DNA of 62,819 nt, filler included, from Choristocarpus tenellus KU-1152 (GCA_964200185.2; 9 parts of 9 records of this genome joined end to end with filler, not necessarily neighbours in it), one strand, 5' to 3'. Positions 24,501 to 39,184 are shown, numbered from the whole stretch's first letter. Notes: generated by a model not told the origin, from the sequence alone. Program-made: numbers and translations.

Positions 24501-25874
24501 AGAGGGGTAGGGGGACTACGGACACAAGGGCAACAAAGGGTTAGGGGTTTTGAGGGGACCAGCGGACCGCCGCCGGGACGCAGGGGAGAGAGGCAGACGG
24601 AGGGCGATGTAATATATGTGGGGCATTCTGTGTCGTCTCCTGGCAGGGAGGTGGTCCGATTGGATCGAGAAGGGCATGCTGGTGCTGGGTCCCTGTCGTT
24701 GAATGAGGAGAGTGGTGCTGGCTCAGGCAAACGGCGAGGAATCGTGGGGGTTGTTGGTGGGATCAGGGCAGGCGGGGAGACTGGCAAAGGGGATGGTGAT
24801 GTGTTTTCAAGGCCGCACGGGAGGGTTGGTCACATCCCTAATCCCTATCGAAGCACAGGGTTGGCCCGAAATCCGTATGCTTCAGGGGGAAGGTGAGAGG
24901 GTGGAGATTGTGTGTTTTGTGAGGGCTGGGAAAAGGGTCGAGGGATCGGTGAGAGTGTTTACTTTTCAATTTGGGGGGGGGGGGATAGGTGAGGGGATAT
25001 CATTCACTTTTCTGGACGTGAGATGATTTGCAGTCTATTTAGAAATTTTCGAGGTTTATGTGTCTCGTGTCACAGGTTTGGAGAATGTTATGGAGGCAAG
25101 GATCTGTGTGGAGTATGCAGGCCTATTTCTCACCCCTGAAACTGGTGACATACATATATATATATATATATATATGTACTATGTATGTAGCATGTACCTA
25201 AACACATTTCATATATGAAGAGGACTACTAGTATGTGTGGGGGATAGCAAGAGGAGCTCACTCTCTTTGTATTTGATGAGAGACGGTATCGCCTTCCTTG
25301 CACGTTGGAGTTTTTCCTGGCAGGGCCAGGTGTAGCCCCTTGCCATCAAGGGTCAGTCAGTTTGGCTTGTGATTTCTTCACAAAGAGATAGTCCTGTTAC
25401 TTCTTTGCCCAATGCCTTAGTGCCTTGCCTTATAAGGCCTCTCTGCCCCCCCAACAGTGAATATGCTGGGGAGTCACAGTCACGTTATTGTACTTCAATT
25501 TTTTTTTAACACTATTATCGTTTCAAATCTTGACATGAGCCCACTCTTTCCCTCCCCCACCATGCCCTCTCAGTAAATCAAGTCAGTCAGCACGATCCCC
25601 TTCTCGAGCAGAGGCCTCGGGCGATATTCCAACGGGGGAAGGTGTACAGAACCCTGCTGTGGATGTCCCCAGTAGACGGCAGGTGCTCTCAGGGCCGCAG
25701 AGCGAACCCGGTGGCAATGGTGGTCTGGTTGGAAGAAAAAGACTGAAGCGCCCCTTGGGTGTTGTTGGTGTGGTGGAGAGAGGGGAGGGGAGTACCTCGG
25801 GTACCAGGTCAGGAAGAGGCTTGAATAGCAACAATAGCACTGCAAGTCAAGTGGACATTGGAGATACCGCTGTG
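21579..25874 (+). CDS. RMI1: RecQ-mediated genome instability protein 1 (N-terminal helical domain, OB fold and disordered linker; 3'-partial)
   Basis: Exons 21579-21605 (tentative, GC donor), 21772-22029 (GC donor), 22229-22327, 22871-23011, 24267-24892 and 25574-25874 join in phase: LREGWITQCL...FLTCDLRE...CLP...GKFVVQVENAKDIA...LKLALGDG.QTVAALEYRRI...PPGLKLLI.G..VRRGILLL...NTVVLGGEV. Confidence 0.9.
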
Positions 25875-26012
25875 GTGAGGTTGATAGATCCCAGTCATCG
25901 ACCCCTCAACCCCAATTCAGTTTTTTGGGGTTATGATTTTGAATGTTTCTGTTTTATTAGATGGGTGCATGATGCAAACAAAAAAAGAAAATGAAAGAGA
26001 GCTCTTTCTCTC

Positions 26013-26057
<45 letters not shown>

Positions 26058-26295
26058 ACAACTAATGTGTGTGTGTATGTTTGTCTGGGCGAGAGCCTCT
26101 CTACTTTTGTAAGCAGCATCATGAGGTGTTGTATGAGGTTCATGGAACTCTACTTCATTTCCGCCAGTCGTACAGTAATGGTTTTTGTAGTAGAGTTGAT
26201 AATGGTTTTTGTAGTGTAGTTGGTAATAGTTTTTGTAGTATAGTCCCACCCCCACAGGTCAAGTTGTAACTCCAATCATGGTACAGTATCTTAGT

Positions 26296-26341
26296 GACCC
26301 AAAGTATCTTAGAGGGTAGAGCCGTGTCCATTTGGGGGTCA
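26296..26341 (-). mobile_element. MITE family A, right end (reverse orientation) at contig end
   Basis: GACCCAAAGTATCTTAGAGGGTAGAGCCGTGTCCATTTGGG. Confidence 0.8.
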
Positions 26342-26441
26342 NNNNNNNNNNNNNNNNNNNNNNNNNNNNNNNNNNNNNNNNNNNNTTAATTAATTAANNN
26401 NNNNNNNNNNNNNNNNNNNNNNNNNNNNNNNNNNNNNNNNN

Positions 26442-26609
26442 TCTGGGGGGGGAGGGGGGTGTACACCAGGGTGTCCATTCGGGCTCTGACTGGGAGAGCT
26501 GCACTTACGTTATCTATCTGACGCATACAACCAAATCACCCAAAAAACGCTACATGGGAAAATGTGCCCCGAATGGACAGTCGCCACCCCCTCCCAGATA
26601 CTTGAACCC
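26442..26609 (+). mobile_element. MITE family B, nearly complete, at contig start
   Basis: Aligns with 50644-50822 and ends CCCAGATACTTGAACCC. Confidence 0.85.
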
Positions 26610-29591
26610 TTGCAGATTCTCTGGAGGCCGACTCCTGAAGGAGACTTCCTTGGGTATTGGCATTACCTTCACCTTCCAATGACCCACAAGCTACAGGGTC
26701 TTGTGCCAGAGTGATACCCAGCTCCTCACTCCTATCACTGAAATCCTCATACTCTGTTTGGTTTTCTGACAACATAGGGGCAGCAGATATTTTATCAGGC
26801 AGTTTGCCAAACCTGCTCCTTGTCTTTGTTCCTCTAACGATCAGAAACACCCCAATTACTCACCAATATCTTTGTTGTGTCCTTCTGCCTCATCTCCACA
26901 CCCTTCATCTGAAGGCATAGGTGAGTTCTTGGCAGAGTCCTCTGCCTTAGGAGCCCCAATATATTCTTCTGCCCCCCCTGTGGACGACCTGCTGCACGAC
27001 TCTTTTGCACAGACTAGCCCAACCTGTAATGGCTCTGGCACCTTGGGTGCAGTCTCACAAGTGGGAATGACAACATCATTACAGGCAGAATTGGTCAAGG
27101 CTCGTGGGAGACCATGGGTAGAAGTATCTGCCTTCTGGTTGTCGATACTCTCCCAGTGTATTTCAATATCTTTTTCGTGTTTGCCTTCAAGGCAAGTCCA
27201 TGGTTGACGGTCGGAGTAGGTTTCATAGTGCATGCAACTGCTTCCAGAGGAATCGGAGTCCGGCACCTGCATGTCACAGCAAAAGAAATGCCTATGAGGA
27301 GAGAGGACGTTGTTTCATATGGCAGGAGTACGGTCATGCGTATATCCGCGTGGGTGGGATTCATTAGAAAAACGCAACTAAGATGCTGTTTATGCCTACC
27401 TCCACCCCGATGCTGTAGTCAAAGTAAAGCATTTTTACTAGCTCTTCCACCATCTCAAGCTTCTTTCCTGATCTTGTCTTGTCTGGATCATTTTCAAATA
27501 GCTGGACAAGTTTGTCCATTGATATCCTGACATGATAACTGATCAATTTCGACCGAGACCAGAGAACACACGAAGCTTGTGAGTGTGTAAGTGTGCTTGT
27601 GCGGTATTATTGATGGGTTAGGGAGCAGAGACATACACCCTCCTCTCCACAGTAGATAGGGCACAAACTATTCCCACAGCTGTGAGCACTACACATCTTT
27701 TTGAGGCATTTTAAAAACACATTTCATACACCCATGCTATCCATGACATGCTGCCCATCATAGAGGGAATTGGAAGTAGCGTGGAGTGCTCTGTGCCTTG
27801 GTTTTGTAGCATGCTGAAATAGTCAGCACACAGAAAATTATGAGCCTGAGTTGCTTCTATCGCCTCCTTCTGGTGTTAATCTCAACTCAAAATTTGAAGC
27901 ATTCTGGAGCATTCGTAGTATCAATGTTGCACCTTTGACGTCCTCACAACTCTCACTACCTGTATCTGTAACTTCATACACTTCCTAAACACAAGATACT
28001 GCAAGGGCACCATGTGATGAATCACACAATCCGATCTGACCTGACTCAAGTTCTACCACCACCAGCCAGGAACATTGATAGAGGACTTATTGAATAAACC
28101 GTGCCGCAAGCATTCATGGACCTGACACAGTCAAGGATGTGATGACTCACCACTGGCAGTTCATCACGGCGTACGCCTCCGCCAGCAAACCCCTCGGATA
28201 ATGTGCTCCCTCTACCAGCACACGTCCAGCTATGCCAACACCATAGACTTGTCACAAAAAAGAGAAAAAAAAAATGATGATGAGGTGAGGAAATGGTCTG
28301 TGGCCATGGACGATCTTTGCATGGATCATGAAGGCAATGCCAGGCGTACCCTCACCCTAGGGTCTACTCACAAATGAAAGATTCTGATTCGCTTCTGCCA
28401 TTGATTTGCTCAAGTCTTTATGGCATCCATGCTCATCTAGAGGCTCTTTGAGGATGTGTGGTGGAAAAAAAAAAGGAAACACGCCAAAACTCTAACCCTA
28501 ACCAAGCATTAACCGGAGGACATTTCCCAAGGCTATGAAAGAGAAAGGCAGAAGATCGTTACATGTTGATCGCTACATGTTGATTGTTCTGATATTGTTA
28601 TGTGTTCTCCTGTGCAGCGTATGTTCTCACCTGTGACCACAGCATACGTCCGACTAACCAACAGGGTCCCCCTCCACAGCACCAACCTCCCAAGCATTAG
28701 TTGGTCTTCCGGAGACCATGCAAAACGCCAAGTCTGTATGCCAGTCTTCCAAAAATTGCAGGCCTTCCACCTGCAGAGTTTAGTTAGTAGGTATTCATAC
28801 AGGTCACCAGGTTGGGAAACTGGAACACTCTTCTGATCAAAAATAGGGGTTATGGAATACTAGTGGATGTTCCCACACTGGTCATACTGGTGTATTTGAA
28901 TGTACTAAGGTATTTTGAAGTAAGAATAGTAACAGCCGAGGGTCCTAACAGACAAATTTCGCCAGTAAGAACAAACACAAGGCACAGGCATTATGCTATT
29001 GGTCTTGTGAAGAAACGATGCAAGGACCAAGCTGTTCAGGGTTCTTGCTAGCCATGTCAACTTCAAGGAATTTGAGACCTTGATTCACAACTGCATTTTG
29101 TTGTAATGCCAGAGAAGTTGAAGCAGAATGCCTTGGTGATCTACTTGTTTTTGTGAATGTTGTTTGAAGTTTGCCGCAGGGATGCCAGGTGTGTGGGGAG
29201 GAAGTTGACGAGAAGTTTAAACCTAGTTTGAATGTGACTTGTCAAGTTCAAGTCACGTTTGTCAAGCGCATAGGATGCTTTGGATATGTAATGAAGAGCA
29301 CAGCATATCCACCACTTGCACTGCACGCCACATAAGACATTTCGTGGTGGTGATGATGGTTGTTCAAGCTCCAAGAAGGTTGATTGAGAGTTGGATGGCA
29401 AGCTGAAGGTCGAAAGTTGGGTGTTACGAACCAATAGTTGACATTCAGGGAATGAATGCATGGTAGTATCAAAAGAAAGATAGAGAGAGGTTGAAATTCT
29501 TCCACGAAAAGACCAGAAGTGGAACAATATTTCATTACCCACTTCCAACTTGGTGTGTCCTTACATCGGTGAACAACAATCTTGTGCCGTG
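26610..29591 (-). pseudogene. Possible decayed spliced gene or element of unknown family
   Basis: Chain of frameshift-offset minus-strand ORF pieces (27546-27364, 27364-27095, 27272-26856, 26850-26610) and exon-like AG..GT blocks containing stops; no recognisable motif. Confidence 0.25.
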
Positions 29592-29616
29592 GGGTCAAAG
29601 TATCTGGGGGGGGAGG
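29592..29616 (+). mobile_element. MITE family B terminus at contig end
   Basis: GGGTCAAAGTATCTGGGGGGGGAGG. Confidence 0.75.
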
Positions 29617-29716
29617 NNNNNNNNNNNNNNNNNNNNNNNNNNNNNNNNNNNNNNNNNNNNTTAATTAATTAANNNNNNNNNNNNNNNNNNNNNNNNNNNN
29701 NNNNNNNNNNNNNNNN

Positions 29717-32700
29717 ACTGCCATGGGGGGGTGGAGGCGCCAGGGAGGGACTGAGTTTGTAGATGAGGAGTTTGGTCGAAGAAGGAGTTCAGGGAAGGTT
29801 ACGGGCCCGGGGGATGTGTCGGAAGCAACCGAGGAAGAGAAGCTTTGTATTCTGGATGCTAGGACAGCTGTGGCTGCGCTAGGGAACAAGCTAAAGGGAT
29901 ACGGTGTGGAGACAGGGTCCAGGTGAGGGAGAGGGACTGGTGAGAAGTATTGTACTGCGCTGTATATTATGGTACTACAATGGTACTGTCACAAGTCTGT
30001 GTGTGTACTGTACCGTTAACGGTGGTACCGTCATGGTACCATTGTTACTACAATGGTACTGTCACAAGTCTGTGTGTGTACTGTACCGTTAACGGTGGTA
30101 CCGTCATGGTACCATTGTTACTACAATGTACTATCAAAAGTCTGTGTGTGTACTGTACCGTTAACGGTGGTACCGTCATGGTACCATTGTTACTACAATG
30201 TACTATCAAAAGTCTGTGTGTGTACTGTACCGTGCACGGCGGTACCGTCATGGTACCATTGTGCTCTTATGTGTGTATGTGATGACACGCTCCTTGCATG
30301 GTGTTGTTTTCTTGAACGGCTTCTTTAAAAAAAAAAAGTTTCTTGCTCTGCTCATTGAAAACCACTTGCAGTCCTGAATTTTTTTTTTCACCTCTTGCTT
30401 GGACATGAACTGTACCTGCATTTTTCTTTTCTTTTTTTTTGTAATTGTTGTTGTTGTTGTTGTTGTTGAAAGGTACCGATCGGTTCAACTCGTGTTTGCG
30501 GATATTGGAAACGTAAGCGCTGTCCGGGAATCGTTTGAGGGACTCAGGGGTTTTCTTGATCCTGCTGTTGGAAGTGGTCAGCTGAAGGGTGGATCTGTTG
30601 GGGAGCTCATGGTAAGGCGAAGTTGTCAGGAGGTTGGATTTCCTTACCTCTCTTGATAGTAGTGTGATATTTGTGGGGTAAATGTAGGTGTGTTTGGGGT
30701 GTTCATTGCTTGTCTGTAAATTGTAATTGTGGGAAGATTGGGTGCTGTGTGAGTTCCGTTGGGTTATCGCATCCAGTTTACAGGGTGATGTATGTTTTTT
30801 TTCATGTTTGAAGTGTCCTCCGAGAATCTGGAGGACTAGACAAGATTTTGCTGGTTGGATTTCTATTTTTGCATTTGTTACTGGTGTTTGATTGTTTGTG
30901 TTGAAGTCAACTGTTTTACTTTGAAGTACTATTTATGGCCTGATCGTTTAATGAGGAGTGAATGTCTCAGAGTAGGGACAAGTCAGTCAAGAGGCTGGAC
31001 TCCATCCTAATGATGAGGAGTGTCCGTTCACCCTTGCTTTGCAAGATTTAAGACACCTGTGATGTTGAGGGTAGCTTACTGTCAGTGATGTGATCTGTTT
31101 TAGCTTCAAGAAGCACTGATATTGTACGTTTGTTTTGGAGAATGAATGTGTCGTTATCTGTTACCTTATCCTTTTGATGTGCATGTTGAAATTTATAAAG
31201 TTGAATGTTGTAGCGAATGTGGTAGCCTTTTGTCTCAGGGTGTCTGTCTAGGCCAAGGGATATCAGTTTGACTTTACGTAAATACAGATTTGAATACCTC
31301 GTGCAAGCTTTTCTTTTGGTCGAATCGTTGCTTTTGGTACCACGCTCTCCCCTACTGCAGTTGAAATGATTTTTTAAAACTGTTTTTACTCTCAGATTCA
31401 TGTACACCATTTCAACTCCTGCTGCTTATCTGTAATCACAATCTGTCCCTACAGACCCGGGGACTGGGCATAAAAGCCATGGACCTCAAGCAGGCGCTAG
31501 GGTTTGAGATGCATGAAGGAGGGAGCTCAGCGGCGTGGTCTGGCCTCATCAGACAAGTTCTGGCTGCCAGCGTCTTGGTGAGCTTTTATGAAGCACAATG
31601 GTTGATCATGTCTAGGAGGCGGGTGCTAGATTTGGCTTGACTTGATGTGGCAGGTTGATGATTTGTTACCCTTTCTTCACATTTACTTTTTTTTTTTGCA
31701 AGGTTGTGGTTTTTTGTTGGTTCTCATGGTACACATCACCTCGTGCCCTAAATGAAACTTGGTTCGTTAATGAAATTTGGTTCATTGTGACCACGCTATT
31801 GCTATGTGATTGCAGGCTGCACGCTGCCTCCGACTTGAAGGGGGTTGCTCAGTGCTTGTGCACTGTAGTGATGGCTGGGATCGTACGCCTCAGATGTGCT
31901 CCACGGTACAGATACTATTGGATCCCTACTACCGAACTGTGGAAGGGTTGTGTGTTCTGATCGAGAAGGAATGGGTCAGTTTTGGACACCAGGTGTGTTG
32001 AAGAATGGCATCGACCAATGCGCTCGGTGGTTGGTTTTGTTTTTGTACCAAACTGCGCTGAGATCAGATCTGTCTGCCCGTAGCTGCGGTTGGTTTGCAT
32101 GTGAACTGAACTCGTTGAGATGCGAAAGAGATGGAGCGTTTTTTGGTAAGACTTCTGATGGAACCGGAAACCAAATTCATGTTTTCGTTACGAAGACGAG
32201 TCCGTCCTGTGCATATGCGTGGATTTTGAAGTAGCGGTTCTCGTAGGTTTGTTTTAAGGAGGTGAAAGGCGTGATATTTTATTGTTATTTTTTAGTTCAG
32301 ATCTCAGTGCGCAGCGGTAGCAGACAGACATACACGCTCGAGATTGTACTTCCCTGTAGTGACGACAGGGAGTTCTTACATGTAATGAAGTCTTGACTTT
32401 TAGTTGTCGAAGGGGAGTGTAACCGACGCAAGCTGTTCGTTTGGTACTGTTGACAGTTTCGGCACCGGTGTGGTGGAGGGCGACACTATCGTTCACACTC
32501 CGTGGAGCAGGGGCAGGGGACAGGGCAGGGGGCTTTGCAGGGTGCTGGGAGCTTGTCAAGCAAGACTGGGGGGCAGGTGATGAGCTATGAAGGGCTGACT
32601 CCTATATTCCTCCAGTTCTTGGAAGTTTTACACAACGTGATGAAGCAGTTCCCTTTGACGTTCCAGTACACCGAGGAACTGCTGGGGTTCTTGGCTGAAC

Positions 32701-34182
32701 ACACTTACAGGTTTGGACCGCCTGGCGTAGGTACCTTTGAGCTCTGATCGTAGGTTGTTGTTCCGGTTGTTGAGAGTGGTACATTTTGAGGGCTTAATCC
32801 CTTTTTGTTACGAAGTCCCTCTTTGAAGCCCCTCTTTGAAGCCCCTCTATGAAGCCCCTCTATGAAGTCCCTCTATGAAGTCCCTCTATGAAGTCCCTCT
32901 TTGAAGCCCCTCTATGAAGTCCCTCTATGAAGTCCCTCCCCGAGTGCTTTCGGTGGAATATGTTTCTAAACATGGTAGTAAGAGGAAGGGTACCAAATGT
33001 AGAATTTCCAGTGTGGGCAGTATGTTACGGTTGCTATGTAGAAGAAACTGGTGATGGGTGTACTCTGATGGTATAAAGTTCTTGGCAGTATAATCCATTT
33101 CATCATACTGGAAAAAATCCCCTGTATCTGGTTGTTGAAATCTCCTGATTTGGCATTCCAAAATTATTGTCCCTAACGCCTTTTTTTTTTTTGGTGTATT
33201 TTTGTACTTCGGTAATAAGTGGAATAGAACCCTAACCCTAAGTGGAATAATAAGTGGAATAGAATGGCTTATTTGATATATTCAAGATACAACTGTCTGA
33301 CTGGTAGTGTATTAATTGCTGTGCTGTACCGACAGGACTACAATCCAAGCATGTATTGTATATTCAATGGGAGTGTTGACTACAGTTCTTCAAGCTTGAT
33401 ATGAAGTAGTTTGTACCATTTTGGAGAATGTCGTACTCAAGTGCGTGTGGTCCAGGCGCCCCAGACCAGGCAGGGTGGCACGTACCAAATCTACACTATC
33501 TTTCTTACACACTGCCAATGGTCTCTCGTGTTATCCAGTGACCTGTTTGGGACCTTCCTGTGTGACACTGAGAGGCAGCGGCATGAACTTAGACTCCCAC
33601 AGCGAACGTGTAGTGTGTGGGCGACCATCTTGGATAATAAGGCAGACTTCGCTAACCCTGACTACCAACCAACGGATGAAGCTCTGTGGCCATCCCTGGC
33701 TGCCTGCAAGGTATACATGAGGTTGAGTTGGTGGCAGAGGGATGCGCCTTGTGTTGGTCATGTTTACAGCTGTGTGTTTCTGCAGACAAGGAGTTCGTTT
33801 TTGGTGTCAGGATGATGGAGGTTGGCGGTTTTGAAGGTGAAGGCATTCTATTGCCTTGGTTTGATGTTTTGTATTGAATGTTGCCTGTTCTGGTCACGAA
33901 AAGTGGTTTTTTGTACCATTGTATCTTTTTCTTTATTTTGTCTCTTTTTTGCGTTGATTATTTGCTTGGTACTGCGGCATGATCGATGCCATCATGGGCT
34001 AACATTGATGAGACACCTTAACCCCATGCATTTGTCAGATACAACTGTGGGAGCAGCAGCACTGTAGAGATCCAGGCATGCACCCCCACCAGCTTTCGGG
34101 TAAGGTATGGGAAGACCGTGTTGGAATGACACTGAACTTGCTCAGGAGATCAAAGGAGAGGGCAGTCGCTGGAGGTTCATAG
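29717..34182 (+). CDS. Myotubularin-family phosphoinositide 3-phosphatase (active type; 5'-partial)
   Basis: Exons 29717-29922, 30473-30611, 31455-31577, 31816-31992, 32457-32710, 33539-33710 and 34039-34182 join in phase; motifs [64 protein letters not shown]. Confidence 0.95.
29974..30262. repeat. 72-73-bp minisatellite, 4 copies, palindrome-rich
   Basis: Units start at 29978, 30051, 30124 and 30196; contain ACCGTTAACGGT and ATGGTACCAT. Confidence 0.92.
32812..32938. repeat. 13-bp minisatellite, about 10 copies
   Basis: GAAG(T/C)CCCTCT(A/T)T units. Confidence 0.92.
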
Positions 34183-37100
34183 TTGCCTCAACGCTCTGAA
34201 AGGAAAAGATGTAGATACAATGAAATTCCTCCTTGCTGTGGGAGCTTGGAGACATCCGTTCACAAGTATGCTAGCGGATTTGAAGCAGGAGGTTGGATTT
34301 TGTGTGTTCTTTACTATGACCAATCTTTCCGATATCTTGGGAGTGGAGAGGTTTTAGGTTTTGCTGACTGTCCTTCATTGAGTGGAGGAAGTGTGTGTCT
34401 GTGTGGCTTTGTATATCGTTTGAAGGACACAGTCTGTGGTGAACAATCCAATTAGTTAAGCTAGGGGGTTCTTGTAAGCCATGCACACACACACACATAC
34501 ACACAATATATATGTAGTAGTGCTGTTGAAGTTCGCGACTGAGTACTTCCAGGTTAGAAAAATAGTTGAGTAATGCCTGTGCTGTGTGCACGTATGTGAA
34601 AGTTGTTTGATGTATCAAGTAGTAATTGCGTGCTGTGGTCCTTTCTCTGCATCAGATCACAGGATGGATCACAATGAGCCAGATGTTGGTTGTAATGTTG
34701 TGTGTCCACTGTTGTGCCTTAGATGAGTTGGGGGTTGTGATTGGTCTTGTTATTTATGGTTTGGATCCCAGAGGCGATGATGTAAGAGATAATTGTTTAT
34801 GTTATGAGACACAGACAGACATGTGGTACAATTTAGGTACCAGAAACAAGCGTGTGGCTTGACTGGTGGGTTGGGTTAGTTATTTGATTGGTTGATTGTA
34901 ACTCGGAGTAAAGACTTCTGTCCGCACATGAATCGCTTTGCTGGTTGACTAGTTGCGTAATGTAGAAGAAAGTGTTAAGTCTCCCACTCACAGTTTCCTT
35001 ACAACAACAAATTAGTCGAGAAGAGTGGACCTGCTGCTTAAGATGTCAACTCATGAGCAGGTGATTTCTCACTTTTATGTGCTTGCCTGGGGTTGCACCA
35101 CTGTGGAAGAATGTGTACAATCCCAAGTCTTGATACTGAAATATGTAGATTAATTCCTTCTCAGTTATGTTCTAGGAGGTAGAAAGTTGGAGTGAGAAAC
35201 ACCCTTCAAGCGAGGGGGGTGATAAATAAACCTTTCACTCATCCCTGATCACTAATAACTTGTCACTCAATCTGTGTTTCTTGCTACAACATTCCTTTTC
35301 TAGGATTCTTGTTTTACCATAACCTGACAAAGACATTACTATCAATTATCCCGTTATCCAACAAAAGTTCAACAACTCAGTGTTTCTCCTATAGAATGAT
35401 CTTTTACACATGAATAAAATGCATTTTCTTAACACACTGTCCTCTTTATATTCTTTGGTCTGGTCTCAACAGACTGGTGACTATCTACTCAGTGTGTCTT
35501 CCAACACTTACACATACTCTCAGTCCCTCTTAACAACACCACTCTTTTCACCTTTATTGCCGTGATCATTATTATTAATTTTTTCAGCTTGAAGACGGTC
35601 ATAGGGGCCTTTCTTGGTGACATTCGCTGACCCACAGTGGTTGATAAGCACAGGGTACTGCCAGTTTTTCGAAGGTTGAGTGAGCAGAGGATGTTGCACT
35701 GAAGATTGAGGATGCATCTACTGGATCTATCAAGGCAGATGGCTTGTATGTGTGTGTATTCTTGTATGCACGGTGGACCTGTACTCAAATAGTCTGATGC
35801 GAATGCATGTTGCTCTTCTTCTGTTCTATGATCCCTGGATGATGTCTTTGTTACAGGAGAGTAAGTATTGCCTTGATTACTATTATCAGTACTAATAGTA
35901 GTATGCAGTAATAATATTCAAAGTTTGTAAGAGTGTCCACACTCAGAATTGGGGTCCTGATCTCTGGATTGGAAGACTGATCCAAGGCAATGCAAGAGGG
36001 GGGGGCATGTATCAAATGCTCTACACTCCATATATGGACACATCCAGTCACTGTATCCCTGAAGAGTACCTTACTAAACAGAATAACAATAGAGCATTAG
36101 TAAGAACCTTATGTTGTGGTCCAGGTAACTGTGGCAGGACCTGGACAATGGGCTGGCCCAGAGAAAAGTTTCTAACAGGAGTAGTGAGGGAGAACCATGG
36201 TACGATACGATGGGACTGCTCGCGTTTTGTCAAGCGAGGCTCTACAATTGATTTCTGAAGGTATTTTAATGGAAGTCGACTGGACTGGGAAACTGTGACG
36301 TCACTGAACAGCGAGTCAACCTGGACAAAGTCAATCCAGCAGGGTCAGTCCAGAACCTTAAGGATCTTAATGAGACCAGTCTATTGCCTGGCCCAGGTAA
36401 AATGTGGTGTAACAGGGTGGGTCAGGGCAATCAGAGGTATAACGGGGCAAACCCTCCCTGTTTGAATTTTTTTGACAAGAACATGTGGCTGGGTCTCAGG
36501 TTGGTTGGACCGGGCAGGTTCTTGCAGCATTGTAGAGGAGATCATGGTTTGGTGCGTAGCCTGGTATAATCATGCAAGAAACTGTAGTTGGAAGTATCTC
36601 AAACTACTTAATACTACTGAAAGCTGTGTGTATCATTGAGACATCTCTATCCCCTTTCCATGATAATGTCAATCGATGGTTACCACATCTAGCTGCTCTA
36701 TCTGTTGCTACAATTTTTACCACTACACTTACGGTTGATGTGTATAATTTAGCTCTAGGTGAAAACCATCGCACACAATGCATCTAATAGTAAGGAGTAA
36801 GGGTGGTAGTTGCGGGTGGGGTAAGGCTCGACAAGGGCATTGTTATTATAAAAGGGGACGGTAAAAAGTAAAACAGACTCCTCTTCACCACTTCATTATT
36901 TCAGCTTTGCAATGATGCGGGTTCCTTTTGTCTGCAAAAGCATCAGTAGTAATAGTAGTAGATATATTTATATATCACTATTATCTTAGATGGCATTTCA
37001 TTTGCTGTTGTTGCAACCACAACATCCCTCGTGCGCCGCCCCCTCCACTTCCAGCTATCAACAACATGATACTCTCCAATGTGGTAGTATAAGAAACTTC

Positions 37101-39184
37101 GTTCAATTTTTTTCAGAGTGTGACATTATTTCACCGAATTGTAGGGGCAAGAACAACAAACAAGGAAGCGATAAGGAAGGGTCGCAGAAGGAAGGAAACA
37201 ACGTAAAAGGAAGAGTGAGCAAACTGGATGCGTGCCTGATACATGTTCTTCGATTACCTATCCCTCCGAGTTAGTCTTGGACTTTCCCACAGCTATTATA
37301 TAACTTTGACCACTACTACTACAACTACATATTATTACCAGATTGCTGTATCTACAAGTCCCGCATTATGCTACTTCTACGTATATACAATATTAGTATA
37401 GTATATATTAATAGTATCAATCAGTAGTGCATTTAGTTTGGAATGTGGAACTAAAATACATGGTGCGTCATATTAAGTACATAGTGCTCTTGAACTCATT
37501 TCAGGGTCCAAGTACATGCTACATACAATATTATTACGCCCTTTGACATTTTGGATATGTGTCAGGGAAAAAGCCAAACCAGTATCACTAAGGACCTACG
37601 TAAAAGCAACCTGTCCTAAATGTGAAAGGCGTACACTACATCAAAAATGGAACATATTAGTAGAAGAGTGTACAAAAACAGCTCAATTTCATCAGCGTAT
37701 CTGGAAGTCACGCTCACATGAACTATTTGCTTGTACGGTACAGAAACAGCCGGAGGACGAGGACGAATCAACTAGGTAGGACTACGGCGATGTATGATGA
37801 TGTATTTTGTGACGTGCATATTGTTGCATTCTGTTCCAGAAGAGGCGAGTCAGCCCTGCCATTCAATCAATCTTGTTATAGTGCGGTGTACCCGAAATGT
37901 GGCTCAGTGTTTCGAACCCCCCCCCCCTACCAAGTTGTACCCTTCGTAGGGAGAGCTACAATTAATAAACTACTCTAATATGTGTTGAATGCGAAGTGTT
38001 ATCTTTGGTAGCTACACACGCTGACACATACATGCTTTTTAGAGAATACATGTAGGTAATAACTTGGACTTGATAGAATGGATTATTTGTGCTCAACCTT
38101 ATGACGAGGTATGGTGACTGATCTCAATCTTCTGTGTACTTCCACCTAGATCGCAAGAAAGGTTCTTGATCGCCATGAGAAACAAAGGTCACCAGCCCAG
38201 CACCAGCACCATGAGATTAAACACACACAATTTGCCAGCCAAACGACAGTCTTTTGACGAATGTGTACCCCCAATTTGTCAAGGTTCTATATCTTGCTCC
38301 AAGACAATGTCTGCAGTGTCAGCCTCCATCCACATCCAATCCTTGTATACAGAAGAAGAAAACGTACGAGTGCGTGGTGTGTCTAGTTGTACACACACCT
38401 TGACCTACCACCAATAAGGGTCGCAATTGTACCTTCTACACATTAAACATCGACCCAACTGCAACCTGTGTTCTATATCCCAACTCACACACACACACAC
38501 ACACACACCAATCACGTAGCAAGAACTGTACAAAAAACAAGACAAAGACGATAGATAATACCTCATATCGAACACCAATTAGCACCAACTACCGAGAAGC
38601 AGTATGCCAATGTGTGCACACTATTTCACTAGAAGGAATCTACAACCCAGGAGAGATCTACCTAATAAAAAAAGGGGCATGTTATATTGATACACGCCTG
38701 CTTGTTACTACTACATAGCATTGTCACTTAACGAAGCAGAAACAAAATTTGTTGTCAGTCACTGCCATTTGATGTTAGGCTTTGCCTGTTACAGCACAGT
38801 GTGTTTGCATCCATCCTTACCTAGTGCTCTTGTATGTGGGAACCAACTGTACATGCACATATTTTTGAGCCATCATATCACATAGGGGGTTCTATTTAGA
38901 CCCATTGAATACTTAGGGTGTTTCAAACCTTCTGCTCGGTACCCCATTCCCATGCAAGAAATGCAAATAACCTCCCTCCCCCACAAAGCTGCTGCTCCGG
39001 AAGAGAAGACAATGTTAAAGAAACTGGTGTTCCTAAGACTTGTGTGTATAAATAACTCGATTATTTCCTCATTATGTAGAACAGNNNNNNNNNNNNNNNN
39101 NNNNNNNNNNNNNNNNNNNNNNNNNNNNTTAATTAATTAANNNNNNNNNNNNNNNNNNNNNNNNNNNNNNNNNNNNNNNNNNNN

